Below, piece by piece: positions 13,830 through 27,400 of a DNA stretch of 64,000 nucleotides (its first letter is position 1; every line of letters starts with the position of its first letter). Position numbers and translations under genes: made by a program. This DNA is from Sphagnum compactum (Eukaryota), in contig OZ234494.1 in the NCBI GenBank assembly GCA_965153455.1, positions 10,726,001 through 10,790,000 on the forward strand. The letters run 5' to 3'. The notes under the pieces were generated by a model. The model was not told where the DNA came from. It saw only the letters and a list, made by a program, of their open reading frames with translations, and made no database searches.

Positions 13830-15566
13830 GGATGTTGAAACTTGAATCCAATCAATATGCTTTTAGATTGGTAGTTTGGCATATGTCGTTGCAATTTATG
13901 TTGGTGAGATATGGGTGAATTAGATCCAAACCCTAAACTCTAAACAATCCCAAATAACATAAAGTTTTGTTAATATTCTGGTTCAAGGTCCTTTCTTTTT
14001 ATTGGATGAACATTTGTTGCCCTAATATTTAATACCTCCCAATTATTTTTCAAATTGCAAAGCAACTACTTGTTAATACACTTCCTCACTCTTTAAACCT
14101 TGCATTTGAATGAGGACTGTTCAATCTAATTCGCATTGATGATCATTCTATTCGCATATTGGTTGATTCATTCAAAAGGATGCTAAAACTTGAAATATTC
14201 AATTTGCTTTGACATTGGGAATTTGGCAAGTGTTGTTGCAATTTACCTTAGTCAAATTTGGGTAAATCAGTTAAACCTTAAACCCTAAGTAATCCCATAT
14301 AAAATAGACTTTAGTTAATATTTTGTTTAAGGTTCTTTGCTTTTATTCAATGAATATTTGTTGCCCTAATGCCCTTAATACTAAACAATTTCTTTTCAAG
14401 TTGCAAAATAACTGCTTGCTTAATATCCCCATTCAATCCCTAAACATTGCATTGAAATTAAGATTGTTGAAATTGATCCGCATTGATGATCATGTTGAAT
14501 GCTGAAATGTTCAATTTGCTTTTCCATTGGGAGTTTGGCAAATGTTGTAAATATTTACCCTGGTCAAATGTGGGTGAATCAGATTTGTTAAACCTTAAAC
14601 CCCAAACACTACCACATAAGATAAATTATGTGGGGTATTTTGGCTTAAGGTTTTTTTTTTTTATTGGATGAATATTTGTTGCCTTAATATTTAGTACCTC
14701 CCAATTTATGTTTTAGGTTACAATGTAATTATTTATTGATACACATCCTCAATCCCTAAACCTTGCATTTGGATGAAGACTATTCAATCTGATCTACATT
14801 GATTATCATGTTGAATGTTATAATGTTCAATTTGCTTTGACATTGGGAGTTTGGTAGATGTTGTAAATATTTGCCTTGGGCAGATCTAGGTGATGGGTGA
14901 TTTGTCAAATCTTAAACCTTAAGCAATACCATGTAGGATAAACTTATCGGGTATTTTGGTTCAAGGTCCTTTGTTTTTTATTGAATGAATATTTGTTGCC
15001 CTAATACCCTTAATATTCACAATAATTTTTTTTGTAGGTTTTTAAAAAAAACTAGTTGGTTGATATTCCCATTCAATCCCTAAACCTTGAGTTTGAATTA
15101 GGGTTGTTGAAATTGACCCGCATTGATGATCGTGTTGAATGTTCAAATGTTCAATTTGTTTTTCCATTTGGGGGTGTGGCAGATGCTATAAATATCTAAC
15201 AACTTGGTTAGATGTTGGTGAATGAAATTTGTCAAACCCTAAACCCAAAGTAATACCATATAGGATAAACTTATGCGGGGTATTATGGCTTAAGGTCTTT
15301 CACTTTTATTCAATTTATATGTGTTGCCCTAAAACCCTTAATACCTCCCAATTTATTTTTCAAGTTGCAAAACAACTACTTATTGATACACTTGTTTTGT
15401 CCTTAAACCTTGCATTTGGATGAGGATTGTTCAATCTAACCCACAATGATGATCATGTTGAATGTTGAAATGTTCAATTTGCTTTGACATTGGGAGTTAG
15501 GCAAATGCTATAAATGTTTACCTCGGTCAAATTTGGGTGATGGGTGGTTTGTCAAACCTTAAACCC
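13830..15566. repeat. ~320-bp tandem repeat (~5.5 copies) containing AAACCCTAAA-like motifs
   Basis: The motif TTCAATTTGCTTTGACATTGGGAGTTTGG (with variants) recurs near 14195, 14510, 14825, 15150 and 15470 (spacing 312-323 bp). Confidence 0.85.
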
Positions 15567-15581
15567 GCTATTGTAGCATGT

Positions 15582-18248
15582 TGTGAGCCATGGATTATAA
15601 TACCACATATTGTTAAGCTTTAGTTCCATAATTTTCCTTAGTATTAATGATTTGAATCCTGATAAACCTCCAAGTAATAATTATTAGGAATTGGATTAGC
15701 CTTTGGATATTTCAGCGTAGAAGACTCTTTTATTTAAATTGATGCAAGGCTTAGTTAGTTTTAGGACCTAGTAAACCTTTTTAAGTGCATTATCCTTTTA
15801 TGTTGTAGAGAAGGGAAAGGGGATGTAGAATTAGATGTGATTTATTGATATATTGAGAATACAAGCCCATAACTCACAACGCCATGACAATATTAAGTTA
15901 GTTTGTAGAATAATCTTCAAGCACGAAAATGTACTGGAAAGATTTCTAGGATGCAATCCTAATACATCTTTATTTAGTTTTCACTTCTATTAGACGCTTA
16001 GATAGAATCAAAATCAAACTTAAGTATTAACATTTCCACATGAGTGGCCTTAGGTCAATTACAATTTAATAAACAACTTGAAGGGAATAGATCACAATTA
16101 CAAAAACTCCAGAATGCAACGGATGGTGCGAGCTAGGTTTTCGGCTCGATGATCCATGGAAAGGGGGTTAATTGGGCCTTGTAGCCAACGGTAATGGCCA
16201 TCACCGAAAACCCAAGTTCGACAATGAAAACGAACATCGTCGTCTTCACATTAATACTCTTCAAACCTTTCTAGCGCGGTTCCTCGATCAGGAATGAATT
16301 CTAAATAAATTGCTAAGGCATGTGGGTTAGGAGACAATTGACGATCCCATGCCGAACGATCGACTCGAGTGCGCACCACTCTTCTGGATGGTTCTTCTTC
16401 GCACGACCGTTGAGAGACATTCACCTCAAACGCTACTTCGTCAAGCGATGTTCCGTCAAGCGATGTCCCGTCAAGCGATGCTTCTTCAAGCTCTTCTTTG
16501 TCTACTGGTGCAACTAAAGGATTCGAAGGTGTAGCAACATCATCCGCCATGACTAAATTATCACGTGCATCAACAAAAATAGAGGGTAGTAGAAACAATG
16601 TGGTACTTACGTTCAGAAGGGGTCGAGGCCTTTTTATTTAACAAATTAAAGTAGGCGTAAGGTGTGGGAGTGACGGCGGAACCTCATGAAAACTCGAACA
16701 TCCTAGATCTAATGGATTCATCCAACCCTAATTTCAACGGTGGATCTAGGAATATGTGGGGGTTTTGTGATGCAAATTTTAATTCCAATTTACTATGTCC
16801 TCCATAGTTAATTAGTGCATGGAAGAAAAAAATAAGTAGGGGATATCAAAAGAGTAAATGGTACGTGGGGATGTTACTTCAACCATTGAATTGATTTAGT
16901 CAAGTAAAGACTCAAGGATGTTTACTTGTTACTACCAATAAATTGTCTTACTAGTTAGTTACTTGAAATAATTAGGATGAAGAAGTAGGATGTGAGGGTC
17001 AACGGACGGAAAGGATAAGGATCAAGCTCAAGAACCTCATCAAGATATCCAAGATAAGGGGAAGGATGAGTCCTCCAATCCCATTAGTGATGAAGATTGT
17101 CATCCTATTTAATTGGAGGATGGAATATTTTGTGTCTCATTGGGCCTAAAAATTCTCAACCTAAAATCAATTGGAGGGCAAATCATCCTCAATTTTCATT
17201 GGCTCTTAAAGGATGAAGAGGCCATTGATTGGAGGGAAAGATTTCGAAACTTCCATTGGTTAAAGGGAACAAGCTCAAAGAAGGTCATGGAGGCTTACCA
17301 AGGGAGAAAGGAGTATCTTGTGTTGGTGGAAGGGGAAAGGAAGAAAATGAATGTGTGAGGAAAAAATTAGTTCTTATGTGTGGAAGGGTGTTGTTCATGA
17401 AAAGGATGTGTGCAAGAAATAAGCATGGAAAGATTTCCATGACAAAGCCTCTGGAGTTTTGTTTCAAATAGTTGTTCCTTCCAAATCCACCGTTGGATTT
17501 GTGCCAAACTTAAAATAATTCTTGTTTAAGAGGTGTAAAAGGTTCTTTCCAAATTTTGGCATCATCGGGTTTGCTGTGAGGGAGCTACACCCCGAAAGTA
17601 AAGGGTGTTTGTAGTGGAGTTCATGGAAGGATTTCCATGACAAAACCTCTGGAGTTTTATTTCAAATAGTTTTTCCTCCCAAATCCACCGTTGGATTTGT
17701 GTCAAACTTAAAACATTTCTTGTTTAGGAGGTGTAGAAGGTACTTTCCAAATTTCAGCATCATCGGGTTTGCTGTAAGGGAGCTACACTTGCCGGAAGTA
17801 GAGGGGGTTGAATTTGTCTATTTTTTCCTCAACCTTAGCAAGTGGTGTTTAGTCCCAAGGCTTAACTCTTGATCAAAAAAATAAAAACTTATAAGATTTT
17901 GTAACATGACTCCTTTTAGATTAGCCTTTTCAAAAATTCAATGCATGTTAGATTAGGAGGTTGTATGTAGATGTTATGACGAATGGAACAAAAAGGGTTC
18001 AACCATCAAGCGTGACATTGAATGAACGTCAACATAATGCCCTTCATATTCCATCATGGTGAGTTACGATTCTCCCACAATGTCTTTGTATCTTCCAAAT
18101 GGACACAACGCATTAGATTTTTAGTGAACTTCATTGCATTACCTTGAACCACCGTACTTGTTAGACTACAACTACATAGTAGTTCCACTTCCATACGAGT
18201 TTTGTGAATGCATATCTGTATGTTGAAGGTGTGCAAGAATTCCTCACA
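15582..18248 (-). mobile_element. Large solo-LTR-like retroelement insertion (2667 bp)
   Basis: Termini TGTGAG...CTCACA (6-bp inverted, TG..CA). 5-bp TSD CATGT at 15577-15581 and 18249-18253. It interrupts one unit of the 320-bp array. Internal ~198-bp tandem duplication at 17424 and 17622. No gag/pol. Orientation is inferred from a minus-strand ORF and AATAAA near 15845. Confidence 0.8.
16098..16550 (-). pseudogene. ~150-codon ORF of unknown function within the solo LTR, one in-frame TAA
   Basis: ATG at 16550 (MADDVATPSNP...EEY), TAA at 16251-16253, then the frame stays open (CEDDDVRFHCRTWVFGDGHYRWLQGPINP...ILEFL) to TAA at 16098-16100. GC/CpG-richer than the flanks. Possible 58-nt GTAAGT...TTTAG leader intron at 16610-16553. 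Confidence 0.5.
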
Positions 18249-18690
18249 CATGTAGGATAAACTTATGTCATGTATTTTGGTTCAAGGTCCTTTGCTTTTA
18301 TTCAATGAATATTTGTTGCCCTAATATTTTTGCAGGTTACAAAACAATTGATTCTTGATTTCCCATTCAATCCCTTAACCTTGCATTTGAATTAAGATTG
18401 TTGAAATTGACATGCATTGATGATCATTCTGTTTGCATATTTGTTCATTCATTCAAAGGGATGTTAAATGATGAAATGTTCAATTTGCTTTGACACTGGG
18501 AGTTTGGCAAATGTTGTTGCAATTTACATTGGTCAAATCTTGGTGAATCAAATTTGTCAAACCCTAAACCCTAAGCAATACCACATATCTTTCAACTTGC
18601 CATAATATTGTGGTTCAAGGTTCTTTGCTTTTATTAGATGAGTATTTGCTATTGAGTACTGGATGAGTACTAGTCAGATCTAGGTGATTG
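18249..18690. repeat. Continuation of the ~320-bp tandem repeat after the LTR insertion
   Basis: Resumes at CATGTAGGATAAACTTAT, the point in the unit where the array was interrupted. Same motif near 18478. Confidence 0.8.
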
Positions 18691-18864
18691 TCCACGGACA
18701 AATGGGGGTTGAAATTATTTATAATAAACCTACATCAGTGTGGGCATGGTTTTCAAATGTAGCCACATGTTCCAGAGGTTATAGAAGGGCTTAAAATAAT
18801 CCATGTTTTAGGTCCTAGTGCATTTGGAAGTAGTAACATACGGATTGGTGGCAATGGGAGCACC

Positions 18865-19440
18865 TTGGGTGGACAAAGGGGTGTTATGCAAAATCAGCCA
18901 AATGTCAGGAATGCATTGCGTACAAAATTAAAAAAACAAAGTCAACAGAAAGTGGTAGCCTATCACCAAGAGGTGAAAGACATTGTGGCACATGGGCACA
19001 CTCCCAAAAGGACTCACATTCCCACAAATGAAACATATGAAATCACTCACTTGAAAGGGGTATGGCAACAAGTAGTCAAGGATGTTGCATACCGACATTT
19101 TTGACCTAACTGTATGACATATGAAATACCACACAAGGAGGCAATGGGAGGCGATTTATGAAAAGCTTGAACAACAATTTTACTATGACCCACCTCTAAG
19201 GCCAAAGATTGTGGAGAGGTATTTGATTGAACATTTTAAATCTATGAGGGCAACATGGAAGTCCCAATGGGTGGTTAAAGGGGAGAATGCAGGACCATAC
19301 AATTGTCCTAAAGAGTGCTAGAAGGCATTGGTGACCTATTCGAAAACCCCAACTATTGCTATGGAGAGCTCATGCATGATTGAAATGCAAGCAATCGTAT
19401 GGAATCCCATCACACTTGGAAGGATGTCAGCTTGGAGAAT
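18865..19440 (+). pseudogene. Decayed CACTA ORF2/TnpA-like (Transposase_24-type) fragment; further degenerate exons likely to ~22640
   Basis: LKGVWQQVVKDVAYR..QWEAIYEKLEQQFYYDPPL..YLIEHFKSMRATWKSQW..PYNCPKEC*KALVTY resembles the W..W...P..C...W..LV.YW pattern of Ptta/En/Spm ORF2 proteins. Contains stops and frameshifts. Confidence 0.55.
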
Positions 19441-22400
19441 CCATGGATTTGGAGATAGAATGTTAAATTTCCTAACATAAGTTAGTTTCATGAACGAGTG
19501 GGGTAATAAGTGGGATCACATGCGGGTAGTTTGAAAATGCCTAAGTTGGAGACTATAATAAATCATTGTAAGTTGTTTTGTGGTTTACTACATGTAGGGA
19601 TGTAACTAGTCTGATGAGGATGATGATGAGGAGGGCATGAACATATCACCTAATGTGCCATTTGGGCACACAACACCCATAATGAGTTGAACGCATAATT
19701 GGGTCATTGGGTTGGAGATGTTGTAATGGTATGTTAGTGGGTTGTTAGTGGGATATTGGTGGGCAAGTTGGATGGTGGTGAAATCCTAGCCATTTGTGAT
19801 ACCTTCATATGTGGTAGGTAAAATTTGGATCACAATTTTAAATGTTGTGACATTGTTTTGATAAATCAAAAACATTTTTGTGGCATGTAGGATGTGGGTG
19901 CATCTATCTATTTTGGTGACGAGGATGAGGTTGATGGGGAGATGAACATGAAAGATGGTATGCCATCCAATGACAAGAATGTCGTGATGAGTATTTGTCT
20001 TCTTGGTTGGTGGGTGGGATTGCAATGTGGTGATATATGAGGTATGCATGGGTAAGTGATGTACATAGTCATTGGTGGCACTTTGAAATGCAAAGTTCTT
20101 GCTAAATTGTTGGTTATAGCCAATTCATAATGTTGGGCTTTTATTGGTATGTTATTAAGGGCATTAGTTGTGCTAAAGAAAAATGTTTAGCCATGGCTTA
20201 CTTTGACATGGTAGTTCAATTTGTTGTGTTTTTTTTTTGGGTAGGCTACTAAGGGTAGCATAAGAGGTAAAAAGAAACATAAGGGGGTGATTGGTACCAC
20301 ACACCATTTACTAAACAAGAAGTGGAAGAGTGCTTTGGAGGCCAAGGTAGAGGCCATGGGAGCCAAAGTGGAGTCCATGTCAAACTCCTTGTTGCACATC
20401 AAGGAGTTGTTACCAAAGAATGTTGATAGTGGTATAAAAGACACACCCTTGCCCATGCAAGATTTGCTAGACATTGGGTTGAATGTAATTGAAAAATTAG
20501 TGCATTCAAGAAGGGATTTGAAGGTCAACTTGAAGGACATGGCTTGCATTTTGATTCCAGGACTTAGAACCTTTTAGCAAACCCCTTCTAGTTTGAAATT
20601 GGACATGGGATTAAAAGAATCCAAGGCAAAGGAAGATGGGGTGTAGCCAAGTGAGGGTCTACTCGATATACATGATCCAAATTGTGTTTTGGAATGAAAT
20701 AAGGTTGTGGACATTGGAGATGCAGAGGTGGTGGCCTCCATGAATTTGCATAATGATGAAGGCCATAAGACCACAAGTGAATTAGGAGGCAATGGTGGGC
20801 ATGAAGGTGAACAAGTACTTGAGCAGGTCTTTGAATGGGGGTTAGATGATGTTGCAATAAATAACCAAATCCATGAATTGGCAACCCTTTTGACACCTAA
20901 GAGGCCATTGTGGAAACTCTTACAAAATTAGTTGCGGCTAATCAAGCTTTTATTGACACACAAGAAATTAAGATAAGAGACCAAAAACCACATGTTATGA
21001 ATGACATGGTTGTCATTGAGACATAATAAGCCCATATAGAAGACCATGAGTTAGATGTTACGAGTGATCAAGCTATCCTAGCCTTAACACACAAGAGGTG
21101 AAAATAACAAACTAGGAGCCAAATGTTGTTGGGGTCCCAACCATGTCCAAATTGGTTTACATTACATTAGTTGTTGTTGACAATCAAGAGGATTGAGGGG
21201 GGGTTACAAGTGTGGATGATCCATTGGTGAAAGAAATGCAGAAGGTCATTTGTTCCATGGATATTGGTGAGGGTGATGAGAGTGACACCAAAATTGTCAG
21301 TTATAAAAAGCGAAAAACAACCCAGCCAACCATTCGATCAAGTGCAAGGAAGAGGCTCACAACACTTGTACCATGCACACAAGAGGCTTACTGGTTGATA
21401 GTGGTGAACCCATTAGGTTTCTAGAATTATCCCAAGTAGATGAAAGTGATATTCAAAAACCAAATGTTGATTTGGCAAGCACAAAGTGAAAGAGACCTAA
21501 TCCAAAAGCAAGGTCAGCACAGGTGACCATAGATGCACATGGTGAAGGAGTTGGAGAGGATTTGAAGGGGACAACCAACCCACCATCAAGTGGGAATCCT
21601 CCACATTGTCATGTAAGAACAACAAGGCTTGCACATAAACTAGTTTGGGATGTTATTAAACCTTTAGTTGATTGGGATGCGACAAAATCCCAACATCAGC
21701 AGGGACTTATAGGTCCCCCCCCTCATTGCGCCCTCAAGATGATGAGGTAGATGTTTATATATTATATGACATTTTTAAAAACCCACTCAAAAAGACTTCC
21801 CATGTATTATAGCTAGTTGGATTGCTTACATGCATATGTTGTTCCTAATGTGTGCTAGTGGTGGGGATGACAAACCCCACATAAATTTGGCACCCGAGTA
21901 TAGATACTCCATCCCAAGCACCAAAATTTGGTGGTGGCTAAAGGTGTGGCTGGAGTGCACAAAGGAGCTTGGAGTTCTAAGACCCCATGATTCCATCACT
22001 CTGTGTAGGTGGCACACAAATGGTGCAGGTCACCAAGGTTTACCATGAAAATACAAAGGTGTTGATAAGTGACAAGGTTGCACAAATTGCCAAAATTTTT
22101 ATGATAGATGGGGCTTCTATCTTGCCAACGAAAAATAATACTTACATACTCTAGTCCACAAGACATTTAGTGGCAAGGGGTGTGTGATGTTTTTATAGTA
22201 AGTATGTGCATGAAAAGTCTATGCAACCCATGTCATAACCTAATGCATTCAATGTTGCTTGTATATGCATACATTGATGTTTGCAAAACAACAACATATG
22301 TTGTTTAGTGGTTTTTATGCAAGCTGTGAGGTTGGTATTGGAATTTTAGTGTAATTTAGTGGATTTGATGGTTTAGGATTTGGTGCATGTTAATAGACAT

Positions 22401-23279
22401 TTTTTTTTGCACATATGAGATGGGGATGCAACATCAAAGGATTGAAACATTTTGCTAATCATAATAGTAGATGTGACGGTTTACCTCCTATATAGGTATC
22501 AAAAACCAAGGCTGGTACATGATAATAACAATGTTTTTTTACACAAGGCCCTACGTAGGTGGACCTCCATATGTGCTGAAGCCTTGGGAGCAACTTCATT
22601 TTTGGCTAGACATTGCCAACTTTGCATAAACAATATGTAACCACCTTGCTAAAGTCACTTTAGAATATGGCACAATATTTCCATGTAAAACCACCCTAAA
22701 CCCTACCCATGTCCCACCAACAAAGCCCACCAAGAAATTCACCCATAGCCCATCCACAAAAAAACACTAAAAAACACCCATAACCCCACTTATGAGTCCA
22801 CCATGAACTCACTCAAAAGCCACCTTAAACACCACTAAAAAAAAGATTCTTAAGACCTTCAATAAAGCCACATACAACCCACCCATAACACCACAACACC
22901 ACTTGTGAAACTATCAAGGAAGCCACCCTAAACCCACTCACAACACCACCCTAACCCCACTTGGGATTAGGGTGCACCAATAACCCTAGCCCAAGACTAC
23001 ACCCTAAAACCACTAAGTAAACAACCCAAGATGACACCACCAAATTGGTACAAACCACACAAAACTCATTAACACCCCACTCACAAACCACTTATAATAC
23101 ACATGCACCAACCCACCATAAGACCACTTGTAATAAAACCACTCACCCGCCCACCCCCCCTACCCTAGCTACCCGAAAATATTTTTTAAAATATTTATTT
23201 AATAACCATTGAAAAATGGGTGGTATGTTGAGTGGTATGGCTACATGTTTTCTAGCAGTGCATGAATAGTGTAATTCAC

Positions 23280-23870
23280 TTTCACAAATATAACCCTTTA
23301 ACCAAACCCATTTGCAACTACACATATTTGATATAATGTTTCAAGTTTAACGTGTTGGAATCTCTATTTCATTTTAACTAAGATTCTTGATGTGAATAAA
23401 TCTTCTAACATTCTATATTTGAATCCAATAACAAAGTGCACCCCTTCTTCCCAAATGAACTTCCACAACAAAAGTTTCACAAATATAACCCTTAAAACCA
23501 AACCCATTTGCAAAGTTGTTCATAATTAATACGTTTCAAGTTCAACAAACTAAAATCTTTGCTTCACTTAGATTAAGATGTTTGATTTGGATCTTTTGAC
23601 ATTTTATAGCTTGAATTCAATAACAAAGTGCACCCCTCTTCCCCAATTGAATTGCCACAACAAAGGTTTCACAAATATAACGCTTGAAACCAGGCCCATC
23701 TCCAATTACTTAATATTCATACTTGATATGTCTTGTTCAATGCTACTAGAATCTTTACTTCACAAGTATACTACTTAGATTCTTGCTTTGAATGGATCTA
23801 TTGGTCCTTTATAGTTTGAGTTCAATAACAAGTAGTGCACCCCTTCTTCTATAAGTGAACTTCCACATCA
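23280..23870. repeat. ~193-bp tandem repeat, 3 copies
   Basis: TTCACAAATATAAC..AACCA..CCCAT at 23281, 23476 and 23668; ATAACAAAGTGCACCCC-type motif in each unit. Confidence 0.75.
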
Positions 23871-24489
23871 ATTGTTAAATGCAAAGAACAAAATGTAAAT
23901 GAATAGTTGCAAATATACCCCCTAGCAAATTAAAAGATAAATAAATAAGTTACACATGTTGTAGATCAATACTTTAAAGGTTATGTAGGCATCCAATTTG
24001 TCATCCACACAAGAGTCCTAATGTTACGTAATAGTTTTGGAGTTTTAAGCTAAGTGATATTGTAAAGGTATAACACCTAATACATTTAATAAAAATTTCA
24101 AATATATTTTGTCAAGTTATTTATCATACCCATCTCAAGTTGAAATTGTCAATTTCAAATAAAGATTCTAACATAATTTCACAACACAATATTTGAATGT
24201 AGAAAAATATCAAATTGCATGTATTCCATGTTACAAAATCAAATGGAATAATAAACTTGGCTTGTGCAACATGTGTGTTATATGCAAATTCAATACCTAA
24301 TCATTCAATACATAATGAACTTAAAATTAAAGGGAGAAAATCACATACAATGGTTTGTACACATTAGAAACACAAATTTGCAAAAAAAAAATCTCTATAA
24401 ATATATAATATAATAGCCCATACGCAAAATTGACTAGATTACTACATAGTCAAAGTTTAATTTAGTTTTTTAAGTGCAAAAAAAAAAAT

Positions 24490-27400
24490 CCTCATTGATT
24501 TTTTGCAAAGTCTTTCCTAGTAGTTCATAAATGGGATCATTTCCACTAATTCAATGATTTTTGGGAGGCATCAAAAACTTTACCGCCCTAACCAAATGAG
24601 AGTAAAGGTACATTTTATGCGAGTCCTTCAAGAAGACATAAAATGTATCATTATTTCCCCATCTTTGATAATAAATACTTCCTACAACATCATCGTCAGC
24701 GTCAAAACTAGTTCCCCATTGATATGTAAATGGCTCTTTTACTTTCTGCATTGGTTTGTACACAAAATCAACCAAAAGGAGGCCCCTCCATTGTTGCCTT
24801 CTTTTGTGTTGATTACTATATTGTCCTCAATTTCAAATACAACTAATTTGTCACCTACATGTGAAATAACAACAATTTGTGACAATGATTTCAATAATGT
24901 GGGATATAAGCAAAACTTAATTCTAGTTAATCATGCAAACAAATTCAAAATTAGAAAAATGCAAAAATGGGTACCTTGTAAGCAAAGTTTGCACTTTCCA
25001 TCCCTCCCATCATACATTGCTTCTCATACATATCATGTACTTCAAAGTTGAAGTTGTTTTGGCACCCAATGCCCCGTCCATTAAACATTTTGACATTTTG
25101 TCCAATGACTATCTAAACAAACTCACAAAAACATGTCAAATCCTTAACAAGCAATTGTAGTAGGTTTTTTTGTTGAATGCACAAATTGAGTGAATCTTCA
25201 TGGTCCCTTTGATGGTATCACAATGAACAACAATGACACTCTATTGACATCTTCATTCACTACAAGAAAACAAACTTTTTTTACTAGGAAAATTGGTCAA
25301 AGGGTACCGCAAATGGCCATTGTCCGTCTTGACCAAGGTGCCATCTTGGACAAGTCGTTTTGGATTTAGCCATTTTGACTAGGTCTTTTTGGTTGGTTTT
25401 TTTATTCTTTTTTTTAGTAGTCAACAATAGTTTGACAAAAATTATATATAACATATTATATAATAATTATAATCATATTTATTTATCTATTAACTAATAA
25501 ATTTAGCTACTGATATTACCTAATAATTAATGTACAAAATAAAATAGAATAATTTGTCTACCTACCTTATTTAGCCTAGACACCTTAAACTAGGTAACCT
25601 AGGCTAAGTGGCCAACTTTAGACCTACTTACTTAGGCGGCTTAAGCTAGCTATCTAAGCCATGTAAAACCAAGGTAACCTAGGTAGCCAATGTTGTATGT
25701 TCGAGGATTTTGAACTCCTCACCTTCACTTTGAAGAATCAAGTCCTTCCCATTGGACTACCACTTCAAAAGTTGAAAACTTGTGTCAACATATTGTAATA
25801 AACTTGATTGAATTGGTTATTTAATGTTAATTACTCATTATTTATTATTTATTATGAATTAATAATTATAAATTATTATATTAAAAAATTATTAACTAAA
25901 ACTTAGTTTTAAATAATCACTTATCAATAATAATTAACAATTATATATTGAATACTATTAATTATTATAATTTAATATCAAGTATAAGCTAAAAAAAAGA
26001 TAAAATTGATAATTTGATAATAATAATTAATCAATTGACAATTTGATGAATAAATTAGTTATTGGTTATCAATTAAGATTTATTTGGTGACTAATTTAAT
26101 TATATAAAATAATACCATTAACTATAATTATATTAAATATCAACTGATTAATGTATTCAATTTCAATACTTACATGTGTCTAAAGGTAGGATGTAGGTAG
26201 CTTATTAATCTTATAAATATCTATTAGGTGTAATATGCTTAACCTATAGCCTATTAACTATGAATTTAGGTTTGATATGTACCCTAGGAAAAATAAGGTT
26301 AAGTAGCTAAATTAGTATGGTTGATTTGATTAAGTGCCAAATCAGAATGGCCAATTTGACTAATTGTAAATCACAATGGTCATTGAGTATGGTCAATTTG
26401 ATTAAGCTTTTGTCATCTTGATGAACCTTTGGCCTTTTTTACCAGATGTCTGGTTTGTTACATGGTCAAAAATGTCACTTTAGTCAAATGTTTTAGTCAA
26501 AAGTAACTCGTGTTTTTCATGCTTCAAACCTTTAGTCAAAACAACCATCCCCTTTGGTCAATGTGGATATTTTAGTCAAGTTGGACCTTCTGAAAAGTCA
26601 CGTTTTCTTGTAGTGACTTTTAACATGCCAAAGTATTCAACAAAAACATTTCATAGAACCAAAATATGAAGATTTTGGTCGGTTAAACAACAATCACATA
26701 AGAATTCAACCACTTCCTCCACATTTTACAACTTTCTGACTTGGGCATTAACTTGTTCTTTTTGAAAAAATCTTTTGATCACAACTCCTGTGCCATTGTG
26801 GGGTCTTTTGCCATGATCATTTCCCAAAAACCCTATAACATCTTACAACCTCCAATTAAATTTGGATACCTAAAGACAAAGTACCATGGTTTATTACTCT
26901 TGAATTGGCTTGCACACCCATCACTCCACACCCAATGGTGCCATTCATGTGCATATCCTTGCTCCACCATATATTGCCAATGAAGCTTGAAACAATGTTA
27001 CACAAATTTTGAATCATGTTTATGATCATTTGAAATATAAAAGTGGTATTTAGTAAAAATCTTGGAATCCTCATCATAAGGATTTGAAGGTTGTGGTGAA
27101 AACAAATGTGCACCAAAATGGAAATCTAGTAAGTATGTCAATACATACTTTGCATTTCATTTTGAACATCAAAACTATAGTTTTATGCAAAGTCAACCAC
27201 AAAAACTGTAATGTTGGTTAGGAAGATGTGACACATGTTTGAAATGCATATCTTCCCATCAAGCAACAAAATTGTGCTTGACAAAATGTTGTTATTTTGG
27301 TTGTAGATATTCAACGAACCATTTGACATCATGTTATTGTATACCAAGGTCAACTTTTTCAAAGGTCGACCATTTTTAGGCATAGTGGTTTAGATAGAAC

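Noticed and set aside
25699-25763. Functional tRNA gene
   Set aside because: No acceptor stem and a poor anticodon arm; reported only as a tRNA-like module.
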